A program made the position numbers and the translations under genes. DNA of 63,856 nucleotides, counting the filler, from Reticulomyxa filosa (lineage: Eukaryota > Protista > Foraminifera), in assembly GCA_000512085.1 (NCBI GenBank). It is 20 parts of 20 records of this genome, joined end to end, with 100 filler letters (N's around TTAATTAATTAA, not from the genome) between each part and the next. Parts side by side here need not be neighbours in the genome. Positions count along the whole stretch, not along the records: positions 52,609 to 57,381 come from ASPP01005203.1; positions 57,482 to 63,856 come from ASPP01016444.1; 18 more parts are not named here. One strand, given 5' to 3'. A model generated the notes under the pieces. The model saw only the letters and a list, made by a program, of their open reading frames with translations. It was not told the origin of the DNA and made no database searches. Shown here in pieces: positions 52,509 to 63,856 of this stretch. Each line of letters starts with the position of its first letter. The stretch's first letter is position 1.

Positions 52509-53452
52509 NNNNNNNNNNNNNNNNNNNNNNNNNNNNNNNNNNNNNNNNNNNNTTAATTAATTAANNNNNNNNNNNNNNNNNNNNNNNNNNNNNNNNNNNN
52601 NNNNNNNNGTATTAAGATTCAATTAGACACACCAATCCCCCCAATTACATATAGTAAATAGCCTTCTATATTTAACCTTAAAATGAACATAATCTTCTGT
52701 TATATCATTGACAATCATTTTCAATATATAATAAATCATACATTACCTTCGGACAAGATTATTGCATTATGCAAAAACCTCTCTATGAAAGGATCCACAT
52801 AAAGTTGACCTACATTTACGACTCTATGACTTATTATGATTACTAGTTGATAATATATTAGTTTTATTATAATATAGATATTAATAATATATTAACATTA
52901 ATTTAATTGAGTTAGACGACATTTATCACAATGAACATTTTATTTCGTAATTTGACGTGCAAAAAACTTTTTAACTGTTACTGGAGAAGGCAACGACACA
53001 ATAAAATCATTCTGTATGTGTGACGAGCAAGTGAAAGTATAAATGTGTATAAAATGAAAGAAAATGCGAGAAAAAAATGATCAATATGAGGAGAGTAAGA
53101 AAAAAAAGTTGATAATAATAACAAAAAAAAAGTAAACAAAAATTTTCAAAGTTAAAACCAATATTTTAAAACAAAAACAACACTGAAAAACTAAATACCA
53201 AAAATTAAAAAAAGAAAAAACTATTTTTTCTTTTTTTTAGATTTTTGATTTTGTGTTTTTTTTCCCCTTTTCCCATTCTTTGCAACCAACCCAGGAACGA
53301 AATAATTTGGAGCAAGTAGAAAAGGAAGAAAGAAAAACACCCAAATAATTTGAAATGAATGAAGGCATCCTTTTTATTTTATGAGAAATAAAATCAAAAC
53401 TATGAAGATGCGATCATTACTATTTATGAGAAGATATATTTAACGGATCGAA

Positions 53453-55342
<1,890 letters not shown>

Positions 55343-56134
55343 TTCACTTTTTTTTCTTCCAGGAAGGAGGTCCAAAATTAGACACAATACTAAAAGAGGG
55401 GTTTTAGCAACTCTCAGGTTTATAGTGGTTATAAACGATTTATTTAGAGAATTACAAAAATTTAAATAACCTGATTTTTCATGATTGTTCATTTTTTTTT
55501 ATACTACTATATGAAAATGCTATATTGCATTTGGAATTTGAAAGATAGCCTTAACACAGTAAAAGTCGAAAGTGTTTAAACATACACTAACAATGCGATT
55601 CTAATTTGACTTTCGTAGTTGCTTGCTAATTTGCGAAAGAATATTACCAAAATATTAATATTGTTGTTGTATAACTGTTTTTTCAAAAAATGGTCATTGT
55701 TGTATAAGCAATATCAACATTTGTTTTGGATTTTGTTTTCCTTAGAAAAGTTTGTAATGTGTAAATCTTACGTTCGTATTTGTTTGTTCTTTGCATAACG
55801 AACTTTCATAAGATCAAACTAGATGATTGGAGAATGATTGATAATAATGCAAACAAAATTGCAAAAACCTTTGTCTCGCTGGGCAAGAAGTGGAAATAAT
55901 TTCTATGAAATAAAATGCAAATATAAAAAATGTTTTGAGACATTTTAAAAAATGGTACGACTTGAAAAAGTATTGCGATTCATTAACTGCGCTGTCAAAA
56001 GACCAACGACAAATTCAAAATAAAGTGGACACTGTAGCAATGTGGAAAGAGAAAACAAAAAAAAGGTTTGTCATAGATAGGACATCTCCCTCCAAATGTT
56101 TATATTTTGATTTGAGACAAATTCAGCAAAAATA

Positions 56135-57356
56135 TTATTGAGTTTTGTCTTGATTATCAGTGTTTTGGGTAGAATCCGTTTCATTTGTGTTGCCAGTGCT
56201 TGACGGCTGATTTTGGCTTTGGTTTTGACTTGAAGTACCAGTTTGGGACTGAGATTGAGGTTGGCTCGATGTGTTTGGACGAGTCAATAATGCGGATCCA
56301 CCTAATACACCCTCTAACAAGTAATTTGCGGCTAATTCTTCATTTTTGTCACACACCATAAACGCTTCCACCGCTTGAGCTTCCGAGCAGCCAACCAAAG
56401 CTTTTAACTATGTGTACAAGATATTGAAAAACTTTTTTCTGAAAAATTGACAAAATTTTAAAAAGTCCAAAGTATAAACTCGATCAATGGCTTCTTTTTC
56501 AGCTGTCGTGACTTGGATCATTCCAGGAGGAGGATTGCTACCGCCCATTGCAGCAATTGGATTATCATCTCCATCTTCATCACCACCACCGTCATTGCCT
56601 CCACCTTGTTGCAGTTGCTGCAAAAGCATCATTCCCATCAATTGCTGCATTCTAAACACAACATGTCCAAAACCCAAAGCCAAAGTCTTATTTCATACAC
56701 AAATAAAATAAAAAAAAAGAGATGAGTTTGTGTTCTGATCGAGTAAGGAAACCAACATTTGAGGATCTTGCAACACTTGTTGTAAAGCGGCAGGATTTTG
56801 TTGGATTGCTTGCAACAACTATGTATTGGGGTTTTTTTTTTCACAAATTCAAACAGCATTTACTCATTCATAGGCCCAAAAATCAATTACTACACTACAT
56901 TGCCCTTGTAATTTTTGAGAGAGCAACCTAACAAAATAAATAAATGAAAAAAGAATTACACACCTGAGGATTTTGTTGTGCCAATTGGGCTATTATTCCC
57001 GCCAGCATCTGGGGATTGTTTTGGACGACTTGTTGAAATTGTGCGACTGTCATTTAAAAACGTCACACATCAATAAATTTTTTTAAAAAACTTTTTAATT
57101 GCACCCCTCCCGCCCAACTCTATTTCATTCTGTTATCCTTAACGCACGTGGATTCACTCCACCGGCCCCTCCACTTGCACTTCCCTGTGCTTGTGAAGAT
57201 TGCTGTTGCTGTTGCTGTGGTCGCGATCGGCTTTGAGATTGTGTCTGGGCACTGGTCGTCGGTTGTTGGGTATGGGCTTGAGATTGGGCTGATGACTGTC
57301 GCTGAGTTTGCGTTGGAGGAGGAGGAGCTTGTTGTTCAGCTTCATTTGGAACACCC
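56135..57356 (-). CDS. RAD23: RAD23 (XPC-binding/STI1 + UBA2), 5'-truncated
   Basis: 'QNNPQMLAGIIAQLAQQNPQ', 'IQVTTAEKEAIDR', 'AQAVEAFMVCDKNEELAANYLLE'. Confidence 0.9.
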
Positions 57357-57545
57357 TTTTTTTTTTTTTTTTTTTTTTTTTNNNNNNNNNNNNNNNNNNN
57401 NNNNNNNNNNNNNNNNNNNNNNNNNTTAATTAATTAANNNNNNNNNNNNNNNNNNNNNNNNNNNNNNNNNNNNNNNNNNNNTTTTTTTTTTTTTACAAAA
57501 ACAAAAAACATGTACAAATACCTGTGCATTAAAATTGACAAAAAG

Positions 57546-58802
57546 GAATATTGAAGTCTGTGACTCAAGCGAAACGAGAACAATTGCAAAAATCACAACT
57601 TAAAGATGCAATCAGACATGAATTAGATGTCCGACCTTCTGCATCCACATTAGAGGAGTCGAGTATGTTTGAAACATGCTGAGAGATTTTTTTTTAAAAA
57701 AATATTTGTTTGTTTTGCTTATTATTATAATTATAATTCAATTATTATTATGCTTATATTATTAATTCCCTTTTTTTTTTTATATATATAAAAAAAAAAA
57801 AAAATGGAATGAAAGGAATATTGAAGTCATCGCAACAAATAACAAAGGAACAATTACAAAAATCATTGGTGAAGGACACGTTGAAACAAGAGATGAAAAA
57901 TCGAATGGATTGGGACGAATTAACAGAAAGAGAAGGACTTTATAAAACCAAAATGCAAGAAACTAAAGAACAGTTGGAAAAATCCAAAATTAAAGATACC
58001 ATGAAACATGAACTCGCCACTCGACCTTCACAAGTAGTATTACAAGAAGCTGGTAAATGTATATGTTTATAGTACTTTTTTTTTTTTTTTTTTAATTCAT
58101 TTGAAAAATATTTGACTGTTGTTGAAAAAAGGTATAATAAAAAGTCCGCTGGACATTTCGAAACAACAGTTGCAAAAGTCACTGATTAAAAACCAATTGA
58201 AATCGGAAATGAAAGAGCGAAGGGGAGTGGATGAATTAATTTCAAGTGGAGTATTAGTTGACGACGAGCAAGCCAATGGCGCAGTTCCGAGCTGTCATTA
58301 CATATACATATATGTATATATTCTTTTTTTTTTTTTTTTAAAGTGAAAATACTCAATACAATTAAAAAGCCTGCCAATGAAAGAGAGAGAATCGAGGAGG
58401 AAGAAGACGAAGACGAAGAAAAAGATACAGTTGCAATTGACAATGGAGTTAAGGCAACTGAAGAAGAGATAATCGTTAAACAGCTCCGGGCCATTGCGTC
58501 CCGACATCGCCGCTTTTCGAGCGCAGTCGATGAATTGAAGAGCAAGTTGCCATTTTCAGAAGAAACGGCGCAGGTGTTTGCCAAAATAGCCTTGGAAGAG
58601 ACCTGTCCCGATATCGAGCTTTGCCGCGACCCGAAGCATAATCACGTGAAGAAAGCCAACCAAGGCAGCAAAGCAGGCCCTTCCGCCATTGATGCAAGTC
58701 CAAATGAAGCCAATGACGAAAACGGCGGTAATGATGAGAACGGCGAAGTGCGAGTTAACCCGAGCAATATCAAATTTTTTTTATTTATTTTTTTTTTTTT
58801 AA

Positions 58803-58842
<40 letters not shown>

Positions 58843-61043
58843 TAATTATTATTAATAATAAAAGTTACCAAAGCAAATAACACCCTTTGTATCACCTTTT
58901 CAACGGCCATCACTTCGCGATCAACAAAAAGGAGACGCGAATGATACATCCACGACGCCTCAAGGATACGACACAATCACAGCGAGCTTGAAAGCGCAAG
59001 CAACTTCTCTTCCGTTGGCCCATCACGATGTGATGGTTCCATTATTCGAAATCGATGTGTTGGTGCCAGAGCCCGAATTGGGCTCCAACGTAATCAAATC
59101 CTCCTCACTGGCCTTCATCAACGTGCTAGACTCACTCCAAGAGCTCAGTGACGCCAAAACTGAACTTGCCAACGAACACATCAATCGAATGAAAGACCTT
59201 GCCAAAGTTTGTTTCTTTTTTTTTTTTTTTGTACTTTGTATGTGTGATCAAATCATTATCTCAAACATTTGCATGTGCGTGCATGTGCGTGCACGTACGC
59301 GTCATCAGAAATTGTCGAACGCAAAGTCGCAGTACCAAACGATAGAAAAACATGGCAAGAGTGCCGATTACGAATCGAGTGGAGATGTGAAAAAGGATTT
59401 GGAGAATTCAGAAAAGGAGGTGTTGGAGTTGCAAGGCGAGTTGTACCATTTGGACGAAGAGTATCGACCATTGCATGCCAAGCTGCGTCAAATCCATTTG
59501 GTCGAAAGTGACTTGGACAAGTATCGCGAAAATCACTTTGCAACAATGAGCCAGCTGAGACGTATCCACGCGCGAACAGCGCAGGTGTTGCAAGAGCATC
59601 AAATCCAACGTGACAGCGCGTGGACCGCGTTGCAAGCGACGGAGGTGCAGCAAGCGATAATGAAGTCGAAAATCAGTGACAAAATCGCCGAGACGATGGT
59701 GAAGATTGATCATGTACGTGAGCAGTTGGTGGAGCTAAAAGGCGAACATGATGGATCTGCATCATCGTCGTCATCGTATTTAGCATTGTTGTTTTCCAAA
59801 ACACAAAAAGATGAAGCGACAGAACATAGCCGTAAATCGGCCAAAGAGTTGGAGTTGGAGGATGAGTTGAACATGTGCAACAATTTCTTGGCGGGATTGA
59901 ACCAGTTTTTGCAAGGCCTGAAAAAATTGAGCAAAGAACAACGTGGTCGTGTCGTCCATTTGGAACAAGTGATCGACCAATTGCAGCGCCAAAGAGCTGT
60001 CGTCACTGATCAAATCGCCGCCTGTGAAAAACAAGGCATTGACAAATTACAACAGATTCGACACCAATTTATTGCGCCTTTACAAGAACAATTACTGTTT
60101 TTGCACAAAAATCAACATGCAAAGAATCAGTTCACTATTTTATGATTTTTTTTTTTTTTTTTGCTGTGTATTATTTTGTTATGATTTGATTGCAAAACAG
60201 AGAAGAGGAAAAAATCAATCCAAGCTTAACGAATCTCCTCTGTCGCTTGAAGATCTCGCAAGAAGGAGAGCGAGTCGCATGAATCAAGTACACAGAAAAC
60301 TAAGAGACTTGGAGAGCAGGGCGATGACCACAGATAGCCGAGAATACCTTCGTGGATTGACCGAAATCAGGGAATTACAAGAGATTATGAGCAATTCCTA
60401 TTTGAGACACTTTTTTGCTACTTTTGTCAGCAAAGCCAACCAGATTTTCCAGGACTTTCAATTGGCATCTGTTGCTATTCTTGAACAAACTGCTAGTTAC
60501 ATGCTGATCTTTTTTTTAAAAAAAAGTTCATAAATTGAAAAAACATAACGTGTAATATACCATTTGCTTGAATTTGCAGATACGGATGATCCAATAATTG
60601 CAGAATTAACTGGAGTCAAAACTTTGGTGCGCGTACTGCAACGCAACAAACGTACTGTAAATTTATCTCGGGATATTAAAAGGGTGATGCATTTCATCGA
60701 AGCAATCCCCGATCGTGAAACCGTAGTAATGCAAGTAGCACGTCACTTGGCCTTGGGAACACCTTTCAAAGACTTTATCACTGGCAAACATAGACCCCAA
60801 AGCATGATGCCGCCCTTGTCAGAAAATGACAACCGAGACGCAAGCAATCCGTATGTTATAATAGATCTATTTGCCACTAAGTTAATAGAAGAATGGGTTG
60901 GTTCCGTTTGTAATGCCTTTGGTGAAAGTATCACTACCAGTGTGAAATCAGCACTGGACGATGATGTAATAGCCCAAGTGAGACCTTCCAATGCAGCACG
61001 ACTAATTGTAAATTGTGTATGGGGTTTGGATTGTATGTTTTAG
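57546..61043 (+). CDS. RPEL-repeat, coiled-coil protein with an unknown C-terminal domain, 5'-truncated, multi-exon
   Basis: Four RPEL-like repeats ('ELDVRPSASTLEES-GIL', 'EMKNRMDWDELTEREGL', 'ELATRPSQVVLQEA-GII', 'EMKERRGVDELISSGVL'), then long heptad-rich helices. Confidence 0.65.
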
Positions 61044-61563
61044 GTGTTATCAAAGCACTACATGTTCAAATTTTTTGGGTGAGTGCTTTGCGGGAAATAA
61101 GTTGTCTGCATTTTGGGATCGTGCAACATTGCCGCACCAAAAAAACAAAAACAAAGCAAAATGAGAGTTGTTTTTTTTTGGTGAAGAGCATCAGATTTGT
61201 TTGAAAGAAAGTTCTTTTTTCTTTGTTTGTGACACCGATAAAGCAATCAAGATTCAATAGGGAAAAGAGGGGAAGTGCTATGATATCATCTTCTGTATTT
61301 CTTCTTAATTAATGCTTTTGTGCAGAATTGTTTGCTGATTCTTTCAAATGAAACAAATTTTTTGGGAAGAGAAAGCAAGTGTAGCCAAAAAACCCATGAC
61401 ATAAACAGCCAAAACAAACAAAAAAAAAAAAAGGAAAAAATTAATTGTTAGAGTGGTCTAAGGCACAGTATTTTTACGGAGAGTGAATCCACAAAACAAG
61501 AATACAATACCAGTGGTACAACCAAAAGACCCATACGAACAACTAAAAGCCAGGTTTGTGACC

Positions 61564-63856
61564 CTACTGATGATTTGCTTCTGTTTTTGAACGATCAGCA
61601 CCTGTGACTATCCCGAACTCTTCAGGTGCAGCATTTACAATGTACTGCACAGCTGCTTTCAAAACAGATAAAGAAAAAGCGGCCTGTCCCATTGTAGTAT
61701 TGTCCTCTGGTAACACCAACTCAATAAACCGAATGCATACATGAGGATTTTCCAAACGAGATTGAATGACACAATATACTACAATTGGAAATAAATCATC
61801 ATTCCCAAGTGGCACAAGTTTAGGTTTTTCGACTCCCTGTAACTTTTTATTGTCTATCATTGGCAATTGTTTTTTTTTATTTATGTACATTGACTATCTT
61901 TGATTAGAAAATAAATTATATTTCAATTTATACTCATTTATTTGTAACATAAATCTTTTTCTTAACTCTCAAAGTTTTTCATTGCCGTATCATTGATTAA
62001 TTTAACCGCCTCTAATATCAAATTAATACCTTTGTCGGGCGAAGAATGGATATCATTGCGATTTTCTAACTCCCCAAAAATACCTATTGCGTCTGTGAAA
62101 GGAGAACGATTCTATAAAAGTTTTCAAATACAGCCCGAGTTTCTTTGGAGATTTAAAGTTGTCACAGAAAACAAATAAACAAAAAAACCACTTCACTCCA
62201 ACACCGGTATCAGTCCAATAATCCTTACTGACTTGAAGTTGATCGCTGTTGAGTTGTTTCATCCACTTTCCATTTTGCCTGTATACCTCGTCCAGGTCGT
62301 TCAGCTCCTTGAAGTAGTTAGCGACAACGTTCAAAATTACATTTCGGGTGGATGATTGCCCCAATATACATCGATACACAAATATTCTCACGCATTCATA
62401 GTATTGGCCCCTATTGGGAGCGACGACACACAGTTGAGACCATATATCACAAATAAATATGTAATGACTTAGAATTATAAGAACAATATTTTTTTTTTTT
62501 GTTAAAAGACGTATGGATTTCAAACTTGGACAGTTGGTACGAGTCAATGAACGTATGTGACAGTTTGACCATGAAATCGCACAAGGACTCCAAGCTCACT
62601 TCGTCTTGTTTCTGAACAATCCATTTCAACCAGCGTGTCGTGATGCGTCCCTCTTTGGTTCTTTGATCCAAAATGAAGCTATCGAATGTCTTTTGTTCCG
62701 CGACATTATATTCATGATAGAAATAGTTATCATTTGCCACTTTGGTAAACCGATATTGTTTTGCCTTGACAACCTTTTGAGACTCGTATTGGTTGAGCTA
62801 TATTTCATTAACAAGTCAATTTGAAATATGATGCAAAAACAAGGAGTTGGCCAAAACAAGACTTAACCACAGCTCGCAAAAAGGTGATAATTTTTTCTTG
62901 TCTTTCTTCGAATGACACATCAGTTTTTCCCAAAATGTTTTTCTGTCTGTCGTACTCAATTTTGTAGGTTTCCGCTGCGTGTTTCAGCAAAAGCACAGTT
63001 TGTTGTCTCTCTGGAACATCATTGCAAAGACGTATCCTCCACGCCGTGTGAAACGCCGTTTCCACATTGTGTCGAACGTCTTCCACATTCCAGCGGCGAT
63101 TCCCCCGAACTTTTTTCGCCGCCGTTTTCAACTTGTTCAGTTTTTCGCGAAAGCAGGCAATATGAAGTTTTTCCAATATGATTTGATTCTCATTACAAGA
63201 AATCGCATTTTTGAAGTAGTTGCTAACATATTTTCATTACAAAAAAAATGTATATATTTATCTTTTTTTTTTTTTTTTGTCACATTTGCACATTTGCGCA
63301 TTTGCGCATTAAAAATAAATAAAATAAATAAATAAAACTGGCAAGCTTCTTGCAAATCAATAATGTGCCATAATTTCCATTTCTTCAACTCTTCCGACAT
63401 TTCATCTTTCAATTTGTCAATTTTTTCTTCCAACTTCATAATGTGTTGTGCGTGCTGTTGCAAAGTGGTTTCCAGTTTTAAAATGGATTTATCCAATTCG
63501 TGTTGCAAGTCCCTTTTTGTTTCGAGTTTGGCCAGCCTTCTCGTGATTCTCTCGGCATCTTTGAAGGGCAGCTGCGCGATGCTGAATTTGCTGTTCCAGT
63601 CGGTCTCAGCCATCATACTGTCATCCTTTGCATTCACGCGATCTTTCAACTTGACCTGGTTGCTGTCCGGTTGTCTTTCCGACATACTCTGGCTACGCGT
63701 GATGTTGTTCACGCTCATCGGCAGCTGCTCTTCCTGCCCATTTGGCGGCGGCGCGCTGCTCGACGGTCCGCCGACGATACGTTGCCAAAGGTCTCCCCAT
63801 TTCCACGTGCCCGCGTTGACGTTGGCATTGGCATTGGCATTGGCATTGGCATTGGC
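61564..63856 (-). CDS. VPS9-domain Rab5/Rab21-type GEF with coiled coil, 5'-truncated, multi-exon
   Basis: C-terminal 'LGNDDLFPIVVYCVIQSRLENPHVCIRFIE...GQAAFSLSVLKAAVQYI' is the VPS9 signature. (TTGGCA)n at the window end encodes an Asn-Ala repeat. Confidence 0.85.

Overview
This window is not one locus. It holds about 20 unrelated contigs joined by an artificial 100-bp linker (N44-TTAATTAATTAA-N44). Most contigs are AT-rich, intron-rich DNA from a eukaryote. Composition, homopolymer-rich introns and lineage-expanded RING/TRAF-like and G-alpha genes suggest a rhizarian/foraminiferan such as Reticulomyxa (inference). Recognisable host genes are an RluA/RluD pseudouridine synthase, a CENP-C/Mif2 homologue head-to-head with a CDK10/11-type kinase, a UBR1-like N-recognin, adenylosuccinate synthetase, two RPEL-repeat proteins, G-alpha, an ATPase-less QLQ (Snf2/BRM N-terminus) protein, a UPF1 5' end, an NDR/LATS kinase, RAD23 and a VPS9 GEF. 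There is also a decayed Tc1 transposase and a MITE-like element. Two contigs carry foreign DNA: a GC-rich proteobacterial sulfite/nitrite reductase (likely contaminant) and a Rickettsiales-type CE-clan protease gene that runs into host-like DNA. The most striking window-wide pattern is inverted intron architecture: U-rich 5' ends with poly-A, rather than a polypyrimidine tract, before the 3' AG. Many single-base frameshifts lie in homopolymers and are probably sequencing errors. Exon structures were assembled by eye.
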